Positions 27,033-39,470 of a DNA stretch of 64,000 nucleotides are shown piece after piece. The notes below the pieces were generated by a model. That model worked only from the letters and a program-made list of their open reading frames with translations. It was not told where the DNA came from and made no database searches. The stretch is from Stegostoma tigrinum. Its lineage: Eukaryota. The position numbers and the translations under genes were made by a program. Position 1 is the first letter of the stretch. Each line of letters begins with the position of its first letter. Where the stretch lies: positions 49,170,312-49,234,311 of the forward strand of contig NC_081363.1 in assembly GCF_030684315.1 (NCBI RefSeq). Direction: 5' to 3'.

Positions 27033-27674
27033 CAACAAAAAATTTGAATGGTTTTGTTGCCGTGTGTATTTTACAGTAAGTAAAACAATAAATTACAGTG
27101 AAAAGCTTTTCCACTGTCACCACGATCTGGTGCCATTTTGAATAATTTTAAGAACAGGAAAAGAAATAGAAAGAAATAGCATAAAGACAGTCCATCAGTC
27201 CTGAGCCAGGTCATCATCAACAGCATTTGTGCTGCCCTCCCACAGCCACATTCCTTGCTGCTGTCTATGCCAAGCCCAACTAACATTGAAGTTGTCACTC
27301 TTCAGGTGCCACCTTTTGTCACTGAGCTGATTCTGTTCTGCCACTGCCTTGCCACTGCTTGCACTGGACCCACCAATGTCAGAGGTCGCATCTGTCACTG
27401 ATGAGCTGACCTCGATGTCGCTGTGATGCCCTTCCTCTGCCACTTTGTTGTCGCCTGTGCTGGACACAGCTAATGACAAAGTCACTGATCCTCAGGTGCC
27501 ATTTTTTGCTGCTGGGCCTATGTTGCCAATGGCTGAAATTTCCGATGCCAGGTCCTGTACTCAACCCAGAATTATAAGTAGGGACACTCTCGCCGCTGTC
27601 ACGAGGTCCATGCTGGGCATACTTGAGTCCACACTGAGGGTCCTCACCACCATCAATGCCATCCGATCTTGAGT

Positions 27675-28110
27675 CGTCCAATGTTCCTTACCCCTAGCAA
27701 CCTATCCTTCACAATAATAGGAACATAGTGTCTCTGAACTCTCATTATTTCATTTTTGAAAACCTCCCACATAACAGACTTCCCTTTTACCTGCCAACAG
27801 CCTCTCAAATCACCTTTTGAAAGTTCCTGTCTGAAATCAGCAAAATTGACCTTACTCCAATTTAAAATTTTAACTTTCAGATCAGGTCTATCATTTTCCA
27901 TAACTAATATGTTCTCTGGTCCCAAAGTGCTCTCCCACTAACACATCAGTCACTCGCCCTGCCTTATTTCCCAGGAGAAGTTCAAGTTTTACCTTTTCTC
28001 CAGTAGGTACATCCACATATTGAATAAGAAAACCTTCTTGAATACACTTAACAAATTTCTCTCCATCCAAGGTCTTTACACTTTGACAGGCCATAGGACT
28101 AAACTGTGGG
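27675..28110 (-). mobile_element. CR1 LINE fragment (endonuclease-to-linker region)
   Basis: ORFs 27891-28148 (DGEKFVKCIQEGFLIQYVDVPT..LLLGN..VGEHFG) and 27653-27925 (KVKILNWSKVNF..WEVFKNEI). Confidence 0.85.
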
Positions 28111-28215
28111 AGGGATAATTTGTTCTTGTAGAGAATGGGCAAGCACATTGATGGCTGTCAAGTATGACAAACATTCCATTATTATAGAAGAACACCTGGG
28201 GAAGCTGACTTCCGT

Positions 28216-28430
28216 GATAATGGGAACTGCAGATGCTGGAGAATCCAAGATATCAACGTGTGTAGCTGGATGAACACAGCAGGCCAAGCAGCATCTCAGG
28301 AGCACAAAAGCTGATGTTTCGGGCCTAGACCCTTCATCAGATGAAGGGTCTAGGCCCAAAATGTCAGCTTTTGTGCTCCTGAGATGCTGCTTGGCCTGCT
28401 GTGTTCATCCAGCTACGTACTTTGTTATCT
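28216..28430. mobile_element. Palindromic Penelope-derived mini element with hammerhead core
   Basis: ~90-bp inverted arms centred on 28339. The minus strand reads CTGATGAAGGGtctaggCCCGAAACATC. TSD 28199-28215 / 28431-28447 (15/17). Confidence 0.85.
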
Positions 28431-30200
28431 GGGAAACTGACTTCCTTTGCTTTTCCTGTGATTTGGTGCTGGATATTGCCCTAATTGCAAAACGTACATT
28501 AATTTTTTTTAAAAATTGCACCAAAAACATTGTAATATACTTTACTATTTGTGGATGAGAGATATCTGCTTCTTATTAAATAAAGCTGTTCTCCTTAGTT
28601 TAGTACTTTTTTAAAATTTATTCCAGATTAAGGTCAACTGTTTTCATGAACTATTTATTCCAATATTAATTAGAATTGCAACAACTGCTTGAAAATGCAC
28701 ATTTGTCAGAGAGCATAACTTGGTAATATGCATGATAATTTAGACATAGGAAATCTGATCAACAATGTTAAATATGCCAAATAAGCCTCAGTAACATGCA
28801 TTTAATCTCCTAAAACAAATATTGCATTTAGTAATCAAAATCTATCATCAACTAACTTGGTTTTATCTTGCAAAATGTACAGTAATGGCCTTATAATCAA
28901 TATGCTTTCATTACAGATGTTATCCTGCTTTAATATCGAATATATTGGCAGCCAACCCATGCAGTTATAGCCACCCTTGGCACTAAAATGGAGTAACATT
29001 CAACACATCCCAGTGTTCAGCTGGCAAGTATGTAGAGATTCATTTCAAGCCAATAATCTCATCTCAGGGGTCAGAGAACAATTGTACAAATGCTTTGTAT
29101 TTGTACTTTATGATTTCATCAAACCTTTCAAAAAAAATACTGCCAAGTGCTCAACCATAGTCAACCATTTTATACATAGGTATGCTACGTTTGCAATTAA
29201 TTTAGGTTAGGTAAAAATTTTTGAAATATAAAATTATAATTTACATTTATTTCTATTGTAATTATAGAGGAATCTCTTAATTATAACTGCCTAGGCCAAT
29301 GATATTACCAAATCAAATAAACCTTTAAAGTAGAAACTATAAGTCTGAATCTTTATGGTTCATTGAAAGTTGTCATTTACATTGTAACATTGTAACATCA
29401 CTATGTAAATTTTTTTCTTGCTGCCTACAGAATTGTTGAATTGTGACAGAGATTCCAAACCACGCAGCTTTAAGGCATTTTTATGATATCATGACATGTG
29501 ATGTTCCAGTATAAAGGTACCCATCTTCTCTACATTCATGGTTTCTGTGTAATGGGTTCAGTATAATCACTTGGCTGTATGTGTGCAACATACAAGAACA
29601 AAATAGGCATAGAACTCAGACTATGTTATCTGTAATATTATAACATTGTAAATAGTGATGTAAATAAACATCAAGATAGCTGACTCAAGAAGGGCCTGAA
29701 TATATGTGGTATAATGTTATGTCTACCAAAATATACAGAAAACCACAAATTACGTCCTGTTGGCGACATTTGGGCACTAAAGACCAGTCGTGACAGTTAG
29801 TTAGTGGTAACAAGAAGGTACTAGAGGCTGAAAAGACGTCCTCAGTCTGACAGTTGTTAAAATTATTTCTCTTAACAGCTGTCCATCAATCTGTCTGTGT
29901 TAAAAACTGAAGCAATAATTACAAAAATGCTAAAATGCTAAACCAAGATGTGCACTAAAGCACAGTGAGTATTCTCTCTCTCTCCCTTTTTAAAAATAAG
30001 AGGCTGCTGATCAGTTTTTATTCCTAAGTGAAGTTTTAAGTAATCCTAAAATTATCTCCAAAGTGCTTCTAGAAGAAATAGAGCTTAAAGAATACTGTAT
30101 TCTAAAGAAGCATGACCTGTGTCCAGACATCGGTCAATTCCACCATTTTCTTTTTATATTCATGCCAATTTGGAAAATGTAAGCTCATGTGACACTTTGA

Positions 30201-30400
30201 GATAGTAGGAACTGCTGATGCTGGAGTCTGAGGTAACAAGATGTAAAGCTGGATGAACACAGCAGGCCAGGCAGCATCAGAGGAGCAGGAAAGCTGACGT
30301 TTTAGGTCTGGAAGAAGGATCCAGACCCGAAACATCAGCTTTCCTGCTCTTCTAACGCTGCCTGGCCTGCAATGTTAATCCAGCTCTACACCTTGTTATC
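30201..30400. mobile_element. Palindromic Penelope-derived mini element
   Basis: Inverted arms and a core remnant gaagaaggatccagacccgaaacatc. TSD catgtgacact at 30186-30196 and 30400-30410. Confidence 0.8.
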
Positions 30401-31004
30401 ATGTGACACTATGGCCTCTTACCCATGACTGACCCAAACATGCTGCAACATGTCTGCAACTTTTAAGTGGCCAGGTATAAAACAATGACAAAAAGCAACA
30501 ACATTTTAAAGAATGTAAAGAACTCAATAAAAATGGAAAGCAGACACACACTAATAGGCTAGCATCCCATTGGAATTCTGTCAGAACTTCAGTCATTCCA
30601 AAAAAAAAACAATCTTTACTTTATGGATCAACAGATAACTGACAAATGAACAACAGCCAGTTAAACTTTTCACTTTGGATACTATGTCTTAAGAGGAATC
30701 AAAAAAAAAATTGCCAGTAGTACTTCTGACAATAACTACAAAGATCCTGACAAAATTTTTCAGATTTCAACTAATCAACTTAAAGTTTGAGTCAATTTCA
30801 GGATACATAGCTTTGAGTCCATTCGTAATGCCCTTAGCTAGGTGAAATGCTCAACTAGTTCATAGGCAGGTGTAATCCACATGAGTGTAACAAACATGAT
30901 TTCACCAAAGCCAACTTTGCCAGAAGGTTATAGAACTGAGCTTTGCCTCCACATCCATTCAATCTTTCAGAGAAACATTTCTGGACAAACCCTAATATAA
31001 TGCT

Positions 31005-31230
31005 AGATAATAAAGTGTGAAGCTGGATGAACACAGCAGGCCAAGCAGCATCTCAGGAGCACAAAAGCTGACGTTTCCAGACTAGACCCTTCATCAGAGG
31101 GGCTCTCTGATGAAGGGTCTAGGCCCAAAACGTCAGCTTTTGTGCTCCTGAGATGCTGCTTGGCCTGCTGTGTTCATCCAGCTTCACACTTTATTATCTT
31201 GGATTCTCCAGCATCTGCAGTTCCCATTAT
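31005..31230. mobile_element. Palindromic Penelope-derived mini element with two opposed hammerhead cores
   Basis: Near-perfect ~95-bp arms. Perfect 15-bp TSD ccctaatataatgct at 30990-31004 and 31231-31245. Confidence 0.9.
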
Positions 31231-31868
31231 CCCTAATATAATGCTGTTGGTGTTTTACTTGAAGATGGAAACATATTTAAAGCAATTGTGACAAATCAGC
31301 AACATCTGCAAGTGCCTGACTCTGCAACAACGATTTTAGCTGTACATTCAAAGGAAGATCCAAATCTTGCATAAGATGTAGTGTACCTCATCCATCATGA
31401 TAGTGTTGATTATTTTGCAACACATGCCTGCTATAACTGCAAAACAACAATGGTCTAAGTTGTGTAAGAAGGCCAATCAATCAGAAAAATCCAAAGTACG
31501 CTATAATGCTCCACAGTAGTATATGAAGAAGAGCCAAAGTACTTTCCAAAGTTCCTTTCATGGCAAAAAAAACATTCTAACAAAATCCAAGAGACAACCA
31601 TCCAAGAGATAAAAAAAATCACAAAAGCAGAAACCATTGCCTCTACTGAGTGATATATTCCAAAAGGAATGAACAATATTCACTGAATGCCTAATCAACA
31701 CTGGTGTGAATGCCAAAGTCATCATTATATGGTATCTTACACCAGGTGTACTCAAGAAATTGGCACAGTATGATAAATTCCACACAAAATACGCTAACTA
31801 CTCACAACAAGTCTGACATTCCATGCATTGGCATTACCTGTCTTAAAAGTGAATGCAATTCTCAAGAT

Positions 31869-32205
31869 GAGGGAGGTGATGGTCTAGTGGTATTAACACT
31901 GTACTATTAATCCAGAGACCCAGATAATGTTATAGGGACTTGGGTTCAAGTCCTGCTATGGCAGATGGTGAAATTTGAATTCAATAAATATCTGGAATTA
32001 AGAGTCTAATGAATGCCATGAATCAATTGTCAAGAAAAGTCCATCTGGTTCATAATGTCCTTTAGGGAAGGAAACTGCCATCCTTACTTGGTCTGGCCTA
32101 TATGTGACTCCAAACCCACACCAATGTGGTTCACATGTGGATAAGCAGTAAATGCTGCCTGGCCAGCAATGCCCTCATCCCATGAATGAATAAAGGAAAA
32201 AAAAA
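31869..32205 (+). mobile_element. tRNA-derived SINE
   Basis: A box tggtctagtgg, B box gggttcaagtcc, body tagggaaggaaactgccatcctt, tail catcccatgaatgaataaa plus A-run. Second copy at 63225-63587 (-). Confidence 0.85.
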
Positions 32206-32660
32206 TGGACATGTGAAATGGATGTATCTTCTATTATCAGTCTACCGGCATGAATGGATCAATGGATATTATTATGATCCATGAGCTGACAAATCCATCA
32301 GAAACAAGGCCAAAGATTCTAGACTATCGCATCAATCATACACATTTTGGTCACAGCCAAGGGGACTGGATTCAGCAAGCTACATCCGATGACCACGCAG
32401 TTGAAACAGCTCATCAGTGGGTGGCCAGTATGTTTGTTCTAGTCATTCAGGGATTAATTAGACTATTGAGATTGTAATCTTCGAAGGTGAAACACATTGT
32501 AATTCTCCATGCTCCACATCAAGGCATGCATGACCACACAGAAAAAGGTCAAATAAGTACAGAAAAATAATCTAGAGATTGGCACTTAAACCCATGTATG
32601 AACTCAGCAGCTTGTGTATAAAATCAAAGTTTGCAAATAAAACAAATCTGAAGTAAAAGG

Positions 32661-32860
32661 AACAAAAACAGAAATTACTGGAAAAGCTCAGCAGGTGTAG
32701 CAACATCTGTGGAGAGAAATCAGAATTATGTTTCAGGTCCAGACACCCCTCTTCAGAAGGTCTGAAGATGTTGCCAGATGCTGCCAGATGCTGAATTTTT
32801 CCAGCAATTTCTGTTTTTGATTCAGTTTTCCAGCATCTGTAGTTCTTTTGTTTTTGTTTG
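32661..32860. mobile_element. Palindromic Penelope-derived mini element (second family)
   Basis: Arms aaaaacagaaattactggaaaagctcagca / tgctgaatttttccagcaatttctgttttt. The minus strand has the core remnant CTGAAGA-ggggtgtctggacct-GAAACAT. Confidence 0.7.
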
Positions 32861-35309
32861 ATGTAAGAGGAAACCAGATACACTACTCATTCATATTTCC
32901 ACTTGTATGTTCAGTGACCTTTGTCATTAGCATGCCAGTAACACTATGGCTGACTACGTAATACAAAACAATGCTCAAGAGTTCAAGTCTGAGGATTGCT
33001 TGATGGCTGAGTTTCTTTGTTCAATGGAACTGCACCAAGAGGGCTTAATCAGATTGCAGTGAATCTTTCTGATAATGTAGCACCTTGGTTGTATGTTGGG
33101 TGAGAGATTTTAAAATGGAACAAATTTTGTTTCTTGTCATAGAATTTAACTGATACAGGTTCTGAAATCATAGAATCATAGAACAATTTTGAACTTCCCA
33201 ATTTAACCAGGTGTAGAAGATTGTCTGAGATGAGCAGTAGATAAATAACCAAATAAAAATGATATTCAGAATTGATTTGGTGAGATGGCGATAGTTCCAC
33301 TCCAAATGAGCTGCTTGATGAAATCAAAAGTTGAATACTTAAGTATCATTCCAAAGTACGAACAAAGTCTGATTAAAATGCAAAATGTTCATTCTGTGAT
33401 TCTATGCAAATGTAGTAACATAGTCTTTGGGCACCTGCAAAAGAGCTGTTTCCATTTTACTTATTTAACATTGCACAGGCCGCATATGATATGCTGAGAG
33501 TGCTAATTTGTGAAATGTTGAAAATACCAAACTAATGAGGAGATTACAACAGAATTCTTTGTAGCATTAAAAAGACATTTAGCATTCCAGAAAACTCCAT
33601 ATGAAAATAAATGAATGGTGACCCATACAGCAGGTATTCAATGCACACAGCGTAAAATTCAATAGCCACTTTGTCAAGGCATCCAAAATTTAAAGTTAAT
33701 TAATAAGCTTGATTCTGGACTGCATAGACTCCTTTCAAATGCAAGTACCATAATAGATGAACAGTAACTTATGCAAAGTTCTCATTAAGCAGCCCCTTCA
33801 GTGATCGCAATGATTGAAAGAGGAGATTAAAAGCATTTGCTGTGTGTACCATTATATTATTCTTTTTGCCAATTCATCATTAGCCTTAATTCCTATATTT
33901 GTAATAACTGATTAACTACAAGAGTGAGCACCATAATAGATGTTCAAGAAGTAGTCTTACAAATTATATAATCTAAAAAACAGATGGACTGTGCAACAGT
34001 ATCGCGTTTTACTAGTCACTCATAATTCATCCTGTTAGTCGTTTCCACAGATTCATTCCTTGCAAATTCTTACAGCAGCTTTTTTTTTTATCTGAAACTA
34101 GCAATTGTAACCATACATCACCTACAAAATGGCCACGCATTCGCAGAGTTTTTGCTATGTAGAACCATTTGTCTATAACCTCAAATCATGTTAAATTCTT
34201 ACACTGAAGGTAACATCTGCCTTCACTCTTTTTTGTACCATTTGTAAATGCATTTATGTGCTGTAGTGTTCCCCAGTTCTTATCACAAAATGAACCATTT
34301 ATATAATGAAAAGTTTTAATGAAAATTTAAATTCAAATGTTATTGTTTTTTCAAGATAAATATAACGGCATTTATTTTTTTTAGATCCAAGAAACCTGCA
34401 TTTCTTAATATACCCTCAAATACTTTCAAGAGAAGTTCACATTAGGTAATTATTCTGAATATTCTTCAAGTCTTCAAAAGTTAAAATCAATCTGCTGGAT
34501 CATGCTGTAAGTAATCTTGAATAAATATCTGTGTAATATTAACTAAATATTTGCTTATTGTCTTTGAATACTTCTTTAGCCATTAGAACATATGAGGTGC
34601 GAAAAGTGACTAACTGGATGGATTAGTTGGATACATATGCTGTGATATGAAACATGCAGGAATATCAAGCACAGCTGATCATTCCATCACAGATCCATAA
34701 TATTATTTTGTAGTCTCCCAAATAATTCTGGCAACAATTTCAATGACATTATGCATAACAGCATTAGAAAGATCAGGCTTACGTCTTTTCAAAACACAAC
34801 AGATCAGAAAAGCCAACCACACTGGAAGAACAGCTACTAACCAAAAACAACATTGAAGCAATACAACAGGACAAATGAGGACATGCACAATCCTGACATA
34901 AGTTAACATTATACACAGTGGTGGATGGGATGTGTTAATGTCCACTGCAGGCAATATACCAACACAGGTGATAATAAGAGAATTGCAGAAAGACAACAGT
35001 AATGACAGGGTGCTTATGGTCGAGGAGACTTACAGATTAAACAAAGAATTACATGGTTTTTGGGCATTATTGGTAATTACTAAACCTGAGGTTAGTTCAA
35101 CTGGTAATAGAAAACGCTGGGCCAGTAAACAAACTTGCGCCACTATTATTAGCAGGGTGAGGCTTTAGGTGGTGCACTCTTTAACAGTTCTTAATTTGCT
35201 AGTTATGCTGTTTCTTTAATTTATCATTGCGCCTTTTCAATTCATGAGAGATCAACTTATGACTGAGGGACCAGAGGCTGTAAGACATAACCACTACCGG
35301 TGTTTCGAA

Positions 35310-35610
35310 AGAAATTGGTAATGGACAGGGTTTAGAAATGGTGGAACACCAAGTCTTAAAAGTTTGTAGGGATGGAGAAAGTTACAGAAATGAAGGAGGC
35401 TATAGAGAAATTCAAAACAAAGAAGAGAATCTTTAAAAAATTACATTGGCAACTGGGAACCAATATGAGTCAATAAATAGAGCGTGATTAGGTTAGAACA
35501 TGGTAGCAAAATTCTCTATGAATGTTGGACAGTGGATGATAGGAGACTAACCAGGAGAACATTAGAAAATTGAGTCTGAAGGTAACAAAGGGACGGATGA
35601 GGGTTGCTTA
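35310..35610 (-). mobile_element. Old L2-like LINE fragment
   Basis: Minus strand resembles the L2 C-terminal region (W.PV....FK.IL.L.F, LCNFL); strongly decayed. Confidence 0.45.
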
Positions 35611-36019
35611 TGGATTTACCATGGCTCTGTAAAAATCTTTGCATTTAATGATCATGGATGCTCCTATACCCTAACTTCCTACTTACTTAAGTTTGAGGAA
35701 TTTACATGTGGGAATGAATGATTTTTAATCCTTTTAAAATATATATAAACCAGTTCATACTAAATTTAAAAAACTACTTGCTTCCAAACACTTCTCTGTT
35801 GGTATTTATATCTCAACTATTGAATCTACAGGCTTTCTAACCTGCTTTTCAATTAAAGAATCATTCTGAAAGAGCTCAAAATTATTATTAGATATGGCAG
35901 TACTCCCAGGAATACTATAGGAGTCCATTAGGTTCACCTGAATCTCTCAATGACTTTTTAAAAGAAATCCAGGTGATTTTTAAAGCTAAAGCAATTACTC
36001 AGTGCTTAGAAAATCTCAT

Positions 36020-36172
36020 GATGTGAAGGTGCCGGTGTTGCACTGGGGTGGACAAAGTCAGAAATCACATGACACCAGGCTGAAGTCCAAGAGAATTATT
36101 TGAAATCACAAACTTTTGGTGCGTTAATTTCAAATAAACCCGTTGGACTACACCCTGGTGTTATGTGACTAC
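36020..36172. mobile_element. Short palindromic element, probably Penelope-derived
   Basis: Arms tcacatgacaccagg..gtccaa..ttatttgaaat / atttcaaataa..ttggact..cctggtgttatgtga, plus a one-sided tail as in the other mini elements. Confidence 0.6.
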
Positions 36173-36489
36173 CGATTTAGAAAATCTTAGACAGAAAATG
36201 GGACTGGGATTTGAGGTCATACAGTGGCAAAGAGAGAGCTTACTAACTGGGTCTGAGTCAGGCCAGACCAGCAGAGTGGAACCAGAGATCTGCATTGCTA
36301 TTTTGCTGTGGACATCATTTGATGTGCTGAACACATCAAGAGTCAAAAATGACATTTCAACTGTGAGTCTATTCAAATGAATCCCTTGGAAGGGAGACAG
36401 GCAGAGAGAAGTTGCATTATGCCCAATGAAAACTGTCAAAGATGCTTGTTAAATTAATCATTTCAGTGAATTGGGAGGGCAGAGGATAG

Positions 36490-37548
36490 AAGACAGATGG
36501 TGGTGGTGGACGGTTGCTTTTCAGACTGGAGGCCTATGACTAGTGGTGTGCCACAAGGATTGGTGCTGGGCCTATTGATTTTTGTCATTTATATAAATGA
36601 TTTGGATGTGAATATAGGAGGTATGGTTAGTAACTTTGCAGATTATACCAAAACTGGAGTTGTAGTGGACAGCAAAGAAATTTACCCCAGAGAACAGTGG
36701 GATCTTGATTAGATGAACCAATGGGCTGAGGAGTGGCAGACGAAGTTTAATTTAGATAAATGTGAAGTGCTGCATTTTGGAAAGACAAATCAGGGCAGGA
36801 TTTATACACTTAACATGAAAGCCCTGGAATGTGTTGCTGAACAAAGATACCTTGGAGTGCAGGTCCATAGTTGCTTGAAAGTGGAGTCACAGGTAAGGTA
36901 GTGCAGGAAACTTTCGCCATGTGCCCCTTTATTGGTCAGTGCATTGAGTATTGGAGTTGGGAGGTCATGTTGCAGTTGTAAAAGACAATGATTAGGTCAC
37001 TTTTGGAATACTGTGTGCAATTCTGATCTCCCTGCTATAGGATGGACATTGTGAAACTTGAAAGAGTTTAGAAAATATTTACAAGGATGTTGCCAAGTTT
37101 GGAGTTTTGAGCAATAGGGAGAAGCTGAATAGGCTGTGGCTATTCTCTCTGGAGTGTCGGAGGAGGGATGATCTTACAGAGGTTTATAAAATCATGAGGG
37201 ATATATTAGGGTAAATACACAAGGTCTTTTCCCAGGTGAGGGAGCCCAAAACAAGACTGTAAAGGTTTAAAGTGAAAGGGGAAAGATTTAAAAGGGACCT
37301 AAGGGACAACTTTTTCACGCAGAGGGTGGTGCGTGTATTGAATAAGCTGCCAGAGGAAGTGGTGGAGGCTGGTACAATTACAACATTTAAAAGTCATCCG
37401 GATGGGTATATGATTAGGAAGCATTTAGAGGAACATGGGCCAGATGTTGACAAATGGGGCTAGATTTATTTAGGATATCTGGTCAGCCTGGATGATTTGG
37501 ATGAAGGGTCTGTTTTGGTGCTGCACATCTCTACAATTCTATGAGTCT
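36490..37548 (+). mobile_element. CR1 LINE 3' portion
   Basis: SGVPQGLVLG..YINDLD..FADYTK, WAEEWQ..KCEVLHFG, FFTQRVV...LPEEVVEAGT, then a CR1 3' UTR. Confidence 0.92.
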
Positions 37549-37884
37549 ATAGCTGTCTGAGAACAGTTTTGCATCACATCAGTAGCAGTTTTTTGCCACA
37601 TTTGATGTACTACTGACTCACTCAGCACAAAGGAAGTGTTACATGCAATAGTTCTGTTTTCCTAATGGAATATGTCAGGAAACCAGAATTAACGACTTAT
37701 CAGAACCCGAAGGCGGCTGTTGTGGGAAATAGAATGGAGAAATCATGAAGTGAAAAATATTGTCAAAATAAAAGTGAACTTTGCTGGGAGCTCAACAAAG
37801 GGTAGTGGATGGTATGGCAGGATGGTAAGCTCTAGCAGGGTGAATGAGAAACTGAAAACACTCACATACATGTGCCACCAGCTT

Positions 37885-38200
37885 TTCAGGGTATCACTTC
37901 CATGACATGTCCCAGATATGTCCAAACCATTTTTGTAATGCTAGTTACAATGTGGTAAACTGTGCAGTCAATTTGCACACAGCAAGCCCCTGCAAAAAGC
38001 ATTGAGAGAAATGACCTTTTAATTTGTTAGGCCAAGATTAAGAGTGCATACCGATAACAGCATGGGAATTTTTATATCCTCCACCTGACCTGGCAGATGA
38101 AGCCTCATTTTAACAACTCAGCCAATAGGTGGCAACATTACCTTAATACTGCACTGAAACACCAGCCAAGATTAGTGATCTGAACGTGTAGATGTGCATG
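37885..38200 (-). mobile_element. Deu-domain SINE (SacSINE1/AmnSINE1-like), old
   Basis: Minus strand has gttaaaatgaggcttcatctgcc..aggtggaggatataaaaattcccatg and gcttgctgtgtgcaaattgactgc, matching the recalled Deu-SINE core and tail. Confidence 0.65.
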
Positions 38201-38574
38201 TGCATATGAAATGGGGCTTTGGGAGGACGAAGAGAGGTTTGGTGGTGTTGATGGGGAGACATTGCATGGGCAAAAGCCAGACATCTTTCAGCAGGTTGGA
38301 ATCCTGGTTTTCAGCTCATTTGTGGCTATAAATTTTTATTTCACTGTTTTGCAGCTTCAAGCTACACGGACACTGTGATGTTGATCTACATAATGCAATC
38401 TCAACTGCATTTTAGGGACAATATGTAGATGTGTAATTTGGAATGTTTGGGAGAAGGTTTTGGAATACCAGTACAAAGGCAAAGACTAGCACCCAGGTTT
38501 AACGATACATCACAAGTGTTATAGCTACTGGAGTAAGGAGCGGCAGGGACATGCTTTACACCAGCAATGGGAAC

Positions 38575-38818
38575 ACCGCCAACTTCAAGTTCCCTCCAAG
38601 CCACTCACTATCCTGATTTGGAAATATATTGCTACTTCTTCAGTGCCACTATGTGAAAATCCTGGGGAAATTCCTGCTAACATAATTGTGGATCTACCTA
38701 TGGCACACAGACTGCGGCAGCTCAAGAAGCAGCTCATCACCACCTTAAGGGCAACTGGGGATGGTCAATAAATGCTAGCCAGCTAGTGATACCAAATCCC
38801 ATGGGTGAATTAAAAAAG
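38575..38818 (+). mobile_element. 3' end of a LINE (same family as 6352-6650)
   Basis: caagttccctccaagccactcactatcctgatttggaaatatatt...aagcagctcatcaccacc..aagggcaactggggatggtcaataaatgct...cccatgggtgaattaaaaaa. Confidence 0.75.
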
Positions 38819-39299
38819 AGAGAAACCAACAATTCTCACTAGCTTTTTTGGAGGTAATTGAGTCATCAGGCAGCCAGAACATTAAGCCTGGTGTTGAATG
38901 CAATGTAGGACGCAGTTTAATGTTGTGATCAAGTAAAAGTGGGTATTTGCTGATCAATGTACATTCTGTAGTTTAAGCTCGCTCCGTCTTTCATTCTTCC
39001 TCATCCAACATTTAGCAACACTTCACTCCTAACAACTACCACTTGCAGCAGCGTTACGTTCCTTCTATTTGTGTGCAGTTCCATGACTTTCCCAATTCTT
39101 CATCCGCTGTTACCATTCATCCCAATTTTTGTACAACATTCATCCATTTTATGGAGGGTGGTTTTAGCACTCACTAAGTCAGGTGGAACAAAAGTGAAAA
39201 ACCTCAAAGCAAAACCCCACAACAGACCTTAAACTCATCCAATTCCAGTTTATGTGAGGCAGAGCAAAGGGTAATTAAACAAACCGTTCTCTGGAGATG

Positions 39300-39470
39300 A
39301 GTCAGACATTTCCTCTTAATGTATCTTTACACACATATCCTTAAGCCTTCACTGAGAGGGGAGGTTCATTGAACTATATCAATGCTCCTTCCGCGACCAA
39401 GATTTGCTGGCATGGGAACTAAACAAAGCTTCTGGTTCAGTGATAGGGTCTCTACCACTGCACCACAAGG
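39300..39470 (-). mobile_element. Decayed tRNA-derived SINE
   Basis: Minus strand begins ccttgtggtgcagtggtag (A-box-like). Confidence 0.45.

Larger units (their letters stand above)
31300..33010 (+). mobile_element. Highly decayed Gypsy-like remnant, interrupted by SINE and PLE insertions
   Basis: Cys-rich knuckle-like SCIRCSVPHP / CYNCK at ~31365-31445 and an integrase-like NNAQEFKSED (cf. DNGPQFxSEE) at ~32965-32995. Confidence 0.35.

Noticed and set aside
28248-28430. Pre-miRNA or DNA-transposon MITE interpretation of the long hairpins
   Set aside because: The arms match the Penelope terminal repeat at 20611-20699, and the TSDs are 11-17 bp and variable in sequence.
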